Source: Octopus sinensis (lineage: Eukaryota). From it: DNA of 64,000 bases. The stretch is taken from assembly GCF_006345805.1 (NCBI RefSeq), contig NC_043001.1, positions 118,916,001 through 118,980,000 of the forward strand, read 5' to 3'. Shown piece after piece: positions 1 through 12,939 of the stretch. The position numbers and the translations under genes are program-made. Numbering within the stretch: the stretch's first letter is position 1; each line of letters starts with the position of its first letter. Below the pieces are notes generated by a model. That model was not told the origin of the DNA. It saw only the letters and a list, made by a program, of their open reading frames with translations, and did no database searches.

Positions 1-432
1 TGCGTGCGCAAGTGTGTATGTATTTACATATGTGTGACGGATGATGTAGCGTGCTTATGTAACTAACACAGATTACGAAACGGCTGTTAACAAATAGAAT
101 AAACTTCTATTCTCACTTCTCTTCTCTTATCTGATCAATTTATACACACACAGACATATATGAAGACAAAGGAAGGGAGAGACTGAACGGAAGGCACATC
201 GTTTATTGGTGTTCCACTACCTGTTTCACTTTGGACAGCTGCCTTCAAAATATGCATTTTAAAAAGAATTATAAAGAAAGAAAATCGGCAAGAGGAGAAT
301 GAACTGAAACTCCTCCACTCGAAATTAATTTAATCTTATCAATCTAATCGTGAAATACAAAATGGAGAAATATGTATTTTAGGGAATGTTATGACGAAAT
401 TCGGCGGCCATCAAACTCTGGATAAGCCCACC

Positions 433-433
<1 letters not shown>

Positions 434-488
<55 letters not shown>

Positions 489-720
489 GTTAATAGTTAT
501 CGCCAAGCTAATATGGCAGTCCATAAATATAGGACGAAAGCTGCCGTTGATTAGCTCCAAGAGGCCATCACCTCTTGTTAGCTATATGACACACGAACCT
601 GTCTTCATTATAACCTTCGAACAGGGGAGGTCAGCCGCTTCCCCTTGCTGGGCAGGCATCCACAGTCATGTTTCAGGGTTTTTGCCCTTTATCAATGCAG
701 AGTAGCTGAAACCAGCAGAG

Positions 721-780
<60 letters not shown>
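434..780. repeat. Two (TA)n microsatellites (434-482, 724-780) flanking a ~240 bp unclassified segment
   Basis: Direct reading of the TA runs. Confidence 0.9.
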
Positions 781-784
<4 letters not shown>

Positions 785-1004
785 GTATGTATGTATATAT
801 AACACACACACATGCGCACATACATCTAAGTGTATATGTATGTATGTATGCATGCATGTATATATGTATGTGCGTGTGTGTGGGGGTGTGTTAGCGCAGT
901 GGTTACTGCAGGTTGGAGACTGAATTACAGTCATTTTAAATATTGCTCTTCATTCAACTCCATTGACTCCCTCTGCAGTTTGCAAAACGGACGACTACTG
1001 CATG

Positions 1005-1036
<32 letters not shown>

Positions 1037-1744
1037 TGTATGTATGTATGTATGTATGTATGTATGTATGTATGTATGTATGTATGTATGTATGTATGTA
1101 TGTATGCATGCATGTATGTATGTATGTATGTATGTATGTATGTATGTATGTATGTATGTATGTATGTATGTATGTATGTATGTGTGTGTGTGTATGTATG
1201 TATGTATGTATGTATGTATGTATGTATGTATGTATGTATGTATGTATTTATGTACACAGTTAAGTTTCAGGAAAAAAATCTTGTAGAATGCTATGCAAAG
1301 CTCGTCTACAGCTGTTGGCTACCTGATATCATCATACAGTTGAAATGCTCCTCCTACTGGATTCCGTTTAGCACTTTCTTCCTTATAATCTGACCACGAA
1401 AATAGGATCGTAGTTCATAGTAAAGCTGACCCTTTTTTGTATATTTCTTTATTACTGCATTTTGTATTTTGATTCGAAAATGACACACTACTTTGGGTAT
1501 GCATTCTTACACTGACTGAAATGATGGTAGGAATTAATGAAGGACTTTTTAAACAGTCACCTGAAGAGGGACATTTCAGACCTTGGCGGTATGATAATGA
1601 TTACACAACATCTAACCGATGTTGTACAGTTGTGAAAATGTTTCGAAACAATTGTAGTGTTTTAAAATAAAGACTGTCGTACATTCCATTTTCTATCATG
1701 TATGTATGTATGTTTGTATGTGTGTACCTACGTACGTATGTATT

Positions 1745-1778
<34 letters not shown>

Positions 1779-1931
1779 TGTATGTATGTATGTATGTATG
1801 TATGCATGTATGTATGTATGCGTGTATGTATGTATTATGCATGTATGCATGTATGTATACATATATACATACACATCTATATTTTAATAGATATATGTGT
1901 AATATATATCTGTATAAGATATTTGTAATAC

Positions 1932-2002
<71 letters not shown>

Positions 2003-2025
2003 ATATATACATACATGTATATATA
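1005..2025. repeat. (TATG)n and (TA)n blocks (1005-1250, 1698-2025)
   Basis: Direct reading; these blocks generate the MYVC/HTYI ORFs in the track. Confidence 0.95.
1323..1389 (-). CDS. Weak candidate internal exon, (D)YKEESAKRNPVGGAFQLYDDI(R); product unknown
   Basis: Minus-strand ttttcgtggtcAG acceptor, 67 nt open in one frame, weak GTagcc donor; no homolog recognised. Confidence 0.2.
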
Positions 2026-2169
2026 TCAGTAATAATACGTCTGCTATCTTTGTTCATATTTAGTACCCTAAAAATAGTGCAATATTTGGAGTGGTAGTGG
2101 ATCGAACATAAGGCTTAGTCTTACAGCCGATAGGTAAATTTTACTAACGCTGCCGTCTTCATATTGCAG

Positions 2170-2450
2170 CCTTTTGGCATATTAGAATGGCGCTTCAGAT
2201 GTTAGGTTCTTCCAATATTCATTAAGTCTATTCGTGATTTACTTGGATACATTCGGCTTAATGGGTTCTCTTGGTAATTGATTTCAATTTTTATTGATAA
2301 TGCTGAAGGTTTGCATAATGAAGTTAGCTTGTTGCATCACTTCTTAAATAATTTGTGTGAATGGCCTTTTATTGAAGGCTGAAGGAATTGCAGGACAATC
2401 GATTTCAGTTTTCCTATTATTATTAACCCTATAAGCATAATATCTAACCT
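2170..2450 (-). mobile_element. Degraded CR1-type LINE 3' remnant
   Basis: Minus-strand KGHSHKLFKK and N*NQLPREPIKPNVSK*ITNRLNEYWKN resemble the CR1 ORF2 C-terminus (RGH..KL; WN.LP..V....FK.RLD.YW). Confidence 0.5.
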
Positions 2451-2740
2451 GCTCAGCACTTCGGGATTTCAGAGCGTAAAATTGTGTAAACTATTGGAAA
2501 TACATTCTATTACTTAACAGAACTTAAATATATATTTGAATGGAATGTTCTATTTCTGTAGATATCTATAAACAGACAGAATATAAGTGGTTCTCTTAGA
2601 TAACTGCCATTTTTTTTGCTTCTGTTCGCCTTAATTTTAGAATTATTCAGTGGATAACAATTATTTACGAAAAAGGATTTATGTGTATAACATCCAAGAA
2701 TGGATGAACAGAAATAATTGATTTTACACACACACACACA

Positions 2741-2790
<50 letters not shown>

Positions 2791-2879
2791 ATGTATTTGT
2801 GTGTATGTGTACACACACACATATAAAATAACCAAGGTCGCTAGACGCAATATAAAATCAAAAAGGAAAAATTCAGTTG

Positions 2880-3022
2880 TCACTATTAGTAACTGAGGGT
2901 GCAGGGTAGCACCTACATTGCTAGAAACAAGAGTTAAACGTGCTTTTTGTGGCTATAAGGGTCTTTGACTCTCGTTTCTAGCAATATAGGTGTCACCCGG
3001 AATCCTCAGTCACTATTAGTGA
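2880..3022. mobile_element. MITE-like hairpin, 59 bp arms
   Basis: 2880-2938 versus reverse complement of 2964-3022: 10 mismatches in 59 by manual alignment. Confidence 0.7.
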
Positions 3023-3088
3023 ATTAGTGACGATGTATATGTATATATATAAGTATATGTATATGTATAGTATATGTATATGTATATG

Positions 3089-3157
<69 letters not shown>

Positions 3158-3415
3158 ATATATACATATATATAATATATATAATATGAGGGAATATTAT
3201 TCCAAACTTACAGGGAAAAATTCAATTTAGAAATACTAAATCAAATTTCACAAAATATAGTATATATATATATATATAAATTAGAAAACAAAAAACACCT
3301 TTTATCAATTCAATAATGAATAATTAAAATATATCATTTAGAAAAATTACATCTTATTGAAAGATTAAATATAAGATAAAACATATAACAATGATTAAGT
3401 AAAGTACAAATAATA

Positions 3416-3454
<39 letters not shown>

Positions 3455-3455
<1 letters not shown>

Positions 3456-5210
3456 TGGATATAGAATACTCTTTGTAGTGCTCAAGAGATTTAAACTTGA
3501 GCAGGTGGAGGAGGAAAGGATAAGTAAGGATAAGCAAGTTAGGCAAGTTGATATACAAAAAATATGAAATACGTTTAATGCAAAAAATGTACATATGTTT
3601 ACATATAAAAAGGTCCGACTTACAATAAAGTCTAGAAGTTTCCCACCCAGAAACAAAGAACTGGAATCCACTGAAGCTAAACTCTTATATTTCATACCAA
3701 AGTTGAAATTATCTAAGTTCTTTACTCTTTCCGAAAGTAAACTTAGCACCGCTACACGTAAGCTAAGAATTTAACCAAGGCTTTACTCTTTTCAGACAAA
3801 ACTTAGATAATGAAATATATACACAACTATTAACCAATATAATCACATAAACTTAAAGGAAGGCTGCCCCTCAGGCCTATGATAACAGTAACCATGAGAC
3901 CAAAGCGATAGCTTTTAAATTAAGCACCGAGAATATAACGAAGGGTGTCTTTATAAGTGAAGAGCATAACCTAATTTTCTAATCTCAAATGTTGGTTGAT
4001 TAACCCAGGGAAATCAGAGATGGCTTGGTGAGCAAAAACTTGCTTAAAATATAAGATATAAGAAGAGCCTCTGTTCCCTTCCTATAGTGAAACACTAATT
4101 AGTCATGTCAAGGTTCAGAAGTGCCAGTGGCAGAGGAAGAGCACGATTTATTCAATTCGATATTGTAAACTTTTATCTATCTATGTCGAGGGGTTTGTTG
4201 TACGGGGCAATCGATTTTGGTAGTTGCTATACTGAAATTAGCATGGTTTAAACAGTAAGCTTGGCAGGAAAGAAACGTGCCTTTAAGCAGTACAAAAGCA
4301 AAAAAAAAAAAAAAATAGAAGGTGCAGTTATGTACAGGTTGACGGAAGAAAAGCAGGACAAAAACGGCTTTATCGATCGCATTCTCACCTGGAATGGTTT
4401 CATAAACGTCATCATGCACGTCAGGACAAAAGTTAAATGAACTGACCTTGAAGGTATGATGCGACAGTGCTATATAAGTTAATGTATAGACCTCTCTTTT
4501 TTAGGTATGTATAGTAGGAAATTCCTCTCAACTAGCTTTCGTCTCTATTGAGACGCTGCCTTGGTATCGTCGGTAGGGATGAACGGCCACACACTCGATA
4601 GGCTTAGAAAGTATCTAACCTATACCTTTGATTCCCTTGGCCTCATAGTCACTATAGCAACAAACTTGATAATGGTCTATTTCCTAGAAGTAAAATGAAG
4701 CCTAAACACTGGTACCAGCGCAACTTTTCGGAAACCGAATGAGAGACTGACATATATTAGAACAGCTTCTTGCCATCCAGCCATAGTTTTGAGAAACAGG
4801 ATTAAGTGGGTGGGTGGAAGATTCTGCAATCTACCTTCGAATAAGGACATTTTCAACGCTGGGGCCGAGTAGAAAGACTTGGCCTTACCTGACACTGGTT
4901 TTAAGGATAGGTTAGTTATGTGTCCGATTCTAACACCACTAAGAAAAAACGCTACCGTAAGGTTATATGGTTTTCTCTTGATGTAAAGTTTGAGTTGGCA
5001 GCAGCTTCCTTCGTATAGTCAATAAGCATTTACCCCTAACAAATAGATACAGGAATATCTTTTGTAGAATAATTTGAGGTTTCCTTGTAGCTCTGCACCT
5101 AGCATAAAAAATATTGGTAATTTGATCCAAGTCTAGAACAAAGGCAAGCTGCTCATGCAGAGGAAACGCAATATGCCCAGCAAACAACCAATGCAATACA
5201 ATTACACTCA
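3455..5210 (+). mobile_element. Degraded Penelope-like element, RT region (pseudogenised)
   Basis: Motifs KCWLINPGKSE, ARFIQFDIVNFYLSMS (4141-4188), RLY*DAAL (decayed GLYRDDGL), GLIVTIATNLIMVYFLEV, FRKPNERLTYI..SCHP, SNKDIFNA and NKHLP...YRNIF; many stops and frameshifts. Confidence 0.85.
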
Positions 5211-5967
5211 CTCTTTATTTCATCTCTCTCTCCTTTTCACGTATATTCCCACTCACATTCTTACAACTACTTAAATATTAAACATGAAGCTAAAAAGCAG
5301 ACTGACCTGAACCTTACCTGAAGTAGAGTGAGGCCATGTCATTGAAGAGGTTGTGAAAAGTGACAAAATGACTTTGGCAAACACATCTGATTGACTTATT
5401 AACCGAATGATTAATCAAATAATCAATTGATTAGTTGGTTAAATAGCTAGACAATTGATGAATAATAGTAAAGAAGTGAAACTCAACCAGTGTGTGTGTC
5501 TATTATTGGCCTAGTGACCCTCTCAAGATGGAGAAACTGCCTTATTTGCGTTCAGTTACATTGTTAAACACATATGTTGCTGTTGTTATTTAGATCTAGT
5601 TTAGCTTTGACGACGTAGACCTCTGATCAAAAGCGTTGCAGCACGACCTTTTCGTTTGCTACGAGCATAATGCATGTGGTTTAATACATCATATCTAATG
5701 TATACTTTTTAAAAAAGACAGGCTGCAATTTGAGGGAAATTTGATCATTATTTCTTGCAGCTGGAACCGGCACATAGAAACTCTCTCGATTGTAGCCGAA
5801 GGTAAGCTTTGCAAACTCATTCGTGCTTAGAATTGTTGTGCACTTCGTAGAAAGAAAAAAATATCTTAAACTAAGACAAATATCTTCACAGATGGAAAGA
5901 ACATCAGATATCACACCCACGCACACATGCATACATGCACATGTACTCACGCCTATACAATCACTCA

Positions 5968-6195
<228 letters not shown>

Positions 6196-6456
6196 GATTC
6201 TAAGAGAATATTGGCGTTGGATTTACTTTCCAAGCAATTTAATTTAGACAAGACGCCTGGTTTTGCTTTATCACAAATTCGAAAGTTCCATTTGGCTTAT
6301 TGTTTTCCGAGATGATAAAATATTAATTTTTGTATAAACATGTTGATTCTTAAAGCAATTAATATTTAGATAACATTCCCATAGGAATCTTATGTCCCTT
6401 TCATTATTACATTAATCCTCTGTTTTCTAGCATGAATTTATTATTTTTTATATCAG

Positions 6457-6586
6457 CTTACTTTTGTGGCTTTGTGGAACGTGTTGCTATGATTGACGGG
6501 TCTAAAGAAGATAAAACCAAGAGTAAATTGAAGGAGAATATGGTAATGGACAGAAAACGATTTAGTTTTGTTCAAATTTTAGAAAG
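6457..6586 (+). CDS. Candidate internal coding exon of an unidentified host gene, xYFCGFVERVAMIDGSKEDKTKSKLKENMVMDRKRFSFVQILER
   Basis: ttattttttatatcAG acceptor, AAG|GTGAGT consensus donor, 130 nt open in only one frame (phase 1 to 2), non-repetitive sequence. Confidence 0.5.
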
Positions 6587-6952
6587 GTGAGTGAGTGTGG
6601 TAAGGAACACAAGTATGAGGCTTAAGCAGAAAATATTCTTTGAAACAGAAGGTTGACAGTTTTGTTATTTTATTGTCATGGATTTTCATCATGAAATATA
6701 TCAGTCGTTCAGTTTATGGTTCATCCCCTGGTATTACGGTATCTTCATGACCAGATACATAACTCGCCATGACTAAGCCTACCTCTCTCTAAATAGGTGG
6801 CAAGGGTGAATACATTCACCATTGTAAACAGCGACGATGCTATAAAGATTTGACGAAAGATTCGTTGTTCGTTTGTCCGTTCGTGGTCACTAGACAAGTA
6901 AATATTTTCCTTAAATAATTTTTCTTCTATTAATTTAAATTAAGAACGATAG

Positions 6953-7049
<97 letters not shown>

Positions 7050-7079
7050 ATTAGTAGTAGTAGTAGTAGGAGTAGGAGT

Positions 7080-7155
<76 letters not shown>
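6953..7155. repeat. Compound trinucleotide microsatellite (CAT/TAT/TAG/CAG/TAG)
   Basis: Direct reading. Confidence 0.95.
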
Positions 7156-8664
7156 CTGACTGGACGTGTATCATATCACTCGAAAGTTTATCTGTTTATT
7201 TGTCTTTAAAAATTGTCTTAATTTTGTTACAAGGCGTTTGCTGAAGCCCCTAGCATTGCATACGTCTGGTTTGTTTGTTTGTTCTCCTTTGGGGGTCAAA
7301 TTCGGAAAAAAATTTCTTACTATTTTCGGAAAAATAATTTCAAAGACAAAATGGCGATGTCCGTCCTGTCCAGTGACTCGGAGGTGGAAGTCAGTGGTAG
7401 CTCTGATAGTGAGTTGACTTCCTCCAATGGAAGTGAGTATACTACAGACATCAACCATTAGCGACAAGAATATGACTATGAACGCGGCCACCACCAACTC
7501 CAGCACTTCTACCACTGCAACAACAATAATTACGTTGCATGAAAAACAAAACAACAAAAAGCAAAACAAAAACAACAGTAGCCTCGGCAACACAAATGAC
7601 AATAATATTTCCATCGTGAATAACAATAACAGCATCAATACATTCGCAGCAACAAATGCTAAAGGCACTGAACTGGGTATACTTCAAAAAGCCATATGTC
7701 TGGCTCAAGCAGCCAAATTGATGAAGCTCGAAAAATCACGGCCTGACGTAGTCACCCCCACCACCGAGGTGTTGGGAGAAGCACCAGAAACTAATATATA
7801 AATGTTTTCCATAAACACAAAACGGCCGGAGACAGATAGTCAGACAAACGTGGAAAGAACGCACAAAGGAATATTTCCAATATACAGTATATCTGGAGAC
7901 CCAAGCAATTTGAGGTCATTTCAGTGCTTTTCAAGAATGGTTCCCTGTCAGAGTGAAAAAGATGTTCTCCATCCATCATGTTTAGGAAAGAGGACGATGA
8001 GAGTGATGACCTCAGGAATTCCACCTGAGGTGGATATATAATGGATTTTAGGGCGCATCGACCTGGAAGGGAGTAGCGATATGTGGGAGGTGAAACGAAC
8101 CTGTCGTGAAAATTGGCCTGGGATCATGTTACAGCCGAGGGTGGAAGGCATAGGTGCCTTCTCTATGGGATACTGGCCACGTGGAAGCTTTCTGTTCTCA
8201 ACAGAAGACAAGGAACCTTAGGGCCCTCTTACTGCCAACACTAAGTCACCGAAAACCACAACTACTAAACCATTAGCGAACGGTGACAAAAGCAGCATCA
8301 ACCCCGGCAACAACAGCAATATCAACAACAGGAACAGCAAAATCAGAAACCGCTGCTGGAAGAACACCAACAACACCAACAACAGCAACACCAACAACTC
8401 CATCAACACCAGAAGCAGAGGCACCACTACAACCATCAACATCAGACGGAATAATAATAACGGACTCATACTACACCCAGGGGATCTCCTAGAGAAGCTC
8501 TTCCTTTCTCCCTCCATCTCCTCTAAACTCAAGTACACGCATAGGCTCTCGCCAAGATTCGATAGATACTGGCACCTCGGCATCACCAGGTGAAAATGAG
8601 GGGGGACCCTCCAAATCAAAAGAGCTAAACATAGAACACAATAAAACATCATGCCACACCAACA

Positions 8665-8712
<48 letters not shown>

Positions 8713-9900
8713 ACACACCCACAGCAATCATAGGCACACCTACAGCAACACTAATCTCTCCAACACTGCAATCATCAACACACTCTGCTATCATAAACAA
8801 CTCCACCAACATTACCACAGCTGCAACAATCTATCAAAAGAAAACACACAACAGCAACAACCAGCCCCACAAAAGGAAAACTTCGTGCTAGTGATGAGGG
8901 CCAACCAAGAATTGATGAATCTCACAGCACGAAGAAAGGATATCGAGAGAGAAGGTGAGATCATCGGCACCTGAACCGTTCAAGTAAGAAAAAATACCGA
9001 TGATGATGCGTATGCAGCTTGGTACATATGGAAACATTAAGTAGAGCTTCCCTTAGGACGTGGTAACCCCTCATGTAAAAGCAATGAGTAAGCTTTTGCG
9101 GGTTTCCCAAAGGAACCCCATCAAAATATGGAAGTTGAACCACCTGACCTCCTGCGGCAGGAGTGGGTAAATAGCACCCTCATCTTTTTCTCTCTCTGAA
9201 CTCTTTCCGATCATTATGGTAGGTTTAAGAGTGGATTGCATAATCAATGGTTCGTGGTCTGGGATCACCTTGGTAGCAAGATCTGTTCAACAGCCTTAGG
9301 TGACTATCTATGGATGTGACGGCCGTTAGTAAGAGCAGGATTTCTGACGCACACAATTTAGCCCCTATTTTCGACGACTTTAAGATGTACGTATCCCTTT
9401 GTCGGCATGGAATGAAAGGTAGAGTGGTAGTGTTGTTTAGGAAAGGCTTGAATCGTGAAGTACGGACAATATTTTTGAACTGGATAGTAAGTTGGTGGTC
9501 CTAGATGTGAGCAATAGCGAAGGTGGCGCTTTTAGACTACGTAGAGGCCTCCTCACTGGCTCACATATAAGTATATTCTTAGGTGACGACTTTAATCTGT
9601 TACCTCGTTTATCATTAGCACCTGGCTCTGAGATGACTTTAGAGGAATCCAGTCTATTAGAAGCCTTCAAACCAAGATTCCGGCTAAAGGATATCAAGCT
9701 TTCATTTTCTTTTTCACTTACCCAGTTTTGGAATCTATCCCAAACGGTATTGTGTGGACCCTTATCTTGGCCAAAAAAAAAAAAAAAAATGAATCAAAAG
9801 AATAGGCGACTCACAACTGCGAAACTGTAGCAGTGTTCAAATTAAGAAACCAATATTTGAATTGCGGTTGGTCTATTTTGCTTCTGGCCTAGATTCTTTC
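7156..9900 (+). mobile_element. Degraded L1/Tx1-type LINE: ORF1 plus AP-endonuclease part of ORF2; no RT visible
   Basis: Decayed CCHC knuckle C-L-L-(Y)-G-D-T-G-H-V-E-A-F-C at 8155-8195 (1 nt frameshift); (N)VRGL at ~9243; DVTAVSKSR..GRVVVLFRKG; KLVVLDVSNSEGGAFRL; LGDDFN; WNLSQTVL; a (CA)n run at 8665-8708 interrupts ORF1. Confidence 0.75.
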
Positions 9901-10159
9901 CAAGTTCAGAACAATATCAACATAACAATTCAAAGCTGTGATTCCAAGTAACCAAACATTATTGCAATATTTCATGTGGAAACATGACTTCGGAATGAGA
10001 TAGAGAGACAAATAGAAAGACAGACAGGGAGACGGGACAGAGAAGTCAGAGGAGAAAGAGGAGTAGAGAGAGGAGGAGAAAGAGGGAGAGAAATTCTTCA
10101 GACATCCACTAATGAATATGTAACATGGTCTTTCATCAGTGAGGTGATGCTGCTGTGTA

Positions 10160-10471
10160 TATGGCTTTATGTTGCATGTGTGGGTATGCATATCCATGTA
10201 CATGTTATACATGTGAGTGTATGTATGCATCCACGTATTCACACACATACACACGTATATATATATGGATATATATATACATTTATGAATATATACATAC
10301 TTATAAATATATACACTTATATACATACTTATGAACACATGTATGACCATGTGTGTGTGTATATGTGTGTGCTCGTGCGCACGCAAGTATGTGTTCATAT
10401 GTGCATATAATTTGGCATCTCCGATCAATTCGTCTATCAATCATTCGTGAATTCACATACAAACACACACA

Positions 10472-10506
<35 letters not shown>

Positions 10507-11136
10507 CACACACACACACACACACACACATAATGTATACATCTGCTCATGTACATGTATACTTGAGTGTGTGTATCTAACTTTCTCTTCTGTTTTTTTT
10601 TGTATGTATAGAAATGTATATATATAAATCAATGCATGTGCACGAGTCTGCTTTTTCTGTTGCATTTCTCTCATACGCCATCGCATCCATTTATGCATGT
10701 GTCAACACCCATCACCTGTTTACATAACCGGAGTGCGATGCATTTGTTTGCATATATACCTATGCATGTATGTTTATACACATCAACTGATAATGCATAT
10801 ATTTATGCAGTTGTTTATCTGTTAACATGCAACTATACATACAGATAAATACAAACAGAATGCGCGCATTTATACGCGTGTGTGTTTACATCTATGCTCG
10901 ATACACATACATACATACATACATATACATATACATACATTATACATATACATATACATTATACATACATACATACATACATACATACATACATAATACA
11001 TACATACATACATATACATATACATACATACCATACTACATACATACATACATACATACATACATACATACATAAACATATACATTATATATATCATACA
11101 TATACATTTATACATACATATACATATACAATAACA

Positions 11137-11167
<31 letters not shown>

Positions 11168-11260
11168 CAACATACATATACATATACATACATATACATA
11201 TACATATACATACATACACACACATATATATATATATTGTATATATATATATATATATGT
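10160..11260. repeat. Mixed TG/TA/CA/(ATAC)n low-complexity field
   Basis: Direct reading. Confidence 0.9.
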
Positions 11261-11640
11261 TTTAGAGAAAGTAGCTCATAGCGTTGTGTATCGATTGCTT
11301 AAAACATATGCCAATTCCAGGATGAAGATTAAGGGAAATAGCCATCGACATACTGCAATCTTTGGCCATTCCCGTATAAGAGCCACTCACATTTCCGGTC
11401 AGTGGCTTCCGGCTGCTGCAGTTGTTAACACGCCTCACTGATTAAGCCAAGCAAATCACTGTGTGTGATCTCATTCGTGATTCTCTAACCTTTCCTTACA
11501 CTTTACCATCATCGTAATCATCGTCAACGTCCCCTCCCCATGCTCTTCCTACTCCTCATCTTCTTATATCATCTGCTGCACCCACCCTGCTGCCATCTGT
11601 CCTTTCGTCCGCTTCCTTATCGCCAATCTGCTTTTTCCTG

Positions 11641-12588
11641 TCTTCTTCTTCTTCTTCTTCTTTTTCTTTTTCTTCTTCTTCTTCTTCTTCTTCTTCTTCT
11701 TCTTCTTCTTCTTCTTCTTCTTCTTCTTCTTCTTCTTCTTCTTCTTTTCTTCTTCTTCTTCTTCTTCTTCTTCTTCTTCTTCTTCTTCTTCTTCTTCTTC
11801 TTCTTCTCTTCTTCTTCTAAATCTTGATCCTGGTGTTAACGGATTTTCCATCATTGTGGCCATTGGGGAAAATTCTAATATCTTGTTTCTATCGCTTTAG
11901 CTTCCTCTCCTCGTTGCCAGACTGACCATTACCATTGCTACAACTACAGTCGACACACCAGCAACACCAGCAACAACAGCAATAATAAAACCACCACTTA
12001 GGTCATTTCACCGGCCACTAACGCTACAGTTTCATGATTTATGCATCAATACTATCAATCACCCCCACGACCATCGGCAGCACCACCGCCACCTCCACGA
12101 CGACGACGACCACCACCACCACCACTACCACCACCACCATTACCACGACCATTACCACCACCTCGACATCGCCACCGCCGCTACGACCACCATGACGACC
12201 ACCACCACCGCATTCATCCCCGTCAAGAATGTTCGAGTCATTAGCATTTTCAATATCACCGTTAATACGGCAGTCATGGTAGCCACCAATTTCTTCTAAT
12301 AATAAAACTGACGATAATGACTTCTTCTTTTTCTCTTCGTCTTCTTCTTTTTTTTTCTTCTTTTCTTCTTCTTCTTCTTCTCTTTTTTTCTTCTTTTTTT
12401 TTTTTCTTCTTCTTCTTCTTCTTCTTCTTCTTTTTCTTCTCTTTTTCTTCTTCTTCTTCCTCTTCTTCTTTTCTTTCTCTTTTCTTCTTATTCTTCTCTT
12501 ATTCTTCTTCTTCTTATTCTTCTTTCTTCTTCTCACCTTCTTCTTCTCTTCTTTCTTCTTCTCTTCTTCTCTTCTTCTTCTTCTCCTC
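11641..12588. repeat. (CTT)n tracts (11641-11818, 12320-12588) flanking an (ACC)-rich tract (12060-12210)
   Basis: Direct reading. Confidence 0.9.
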
Positions 12589-12654
12589 TCTGTATACATA
12601 CACACATGCACAAACACGCGTGCGCACACACACACACATTTTTTAATTCAATTA

Positions 12655-12828
12655 TTTGTTTCAGTCATTTGACTGTGGCCAAGCTGGAGGATCACATTGA
12701 AGGGTTTTTAGTCGAACTAATCGACCCTACTACTTATTCTATTGGTCTTTTTTCCCGAACCGCTTTGTTAAGGGGACCTAAGCACACCTACACTAGTTGT
12801 CAAGCGGTGATGGGGATAAACAATAACA
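12655..12828 (-). mobile_element. Partial degraded SINE family B (3' half)
   Basis: Matches the reverse complement of the 3' part of 27244-27632 (tgtttcagtcatttgactg..., gaaccgct..., ttgtcaagc). Confidence 0.7.
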
Positions 12829-12939
12829 CACACACACACACACACATACACACATATAAATGAATAAATAAATAAATATCTATACATCTGTACATATTAA
12901 AAATGAACTTCAATCTTGCTTGTTTGCAATGTTACACAG

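Noticed and set aside
6720-6830. Possible snRNA fragment
   Set aside because: No convincing match to the U1 or U2 sequences I recall; more likely a decayed repeat
12039-12646. Pro/His-rich and Lys/Glu-rich ORFs suggesting a transcription factor
   Set aside because: Entirely explained by (ACC)n and (CTT)n repeats; no domain or convincing splice context
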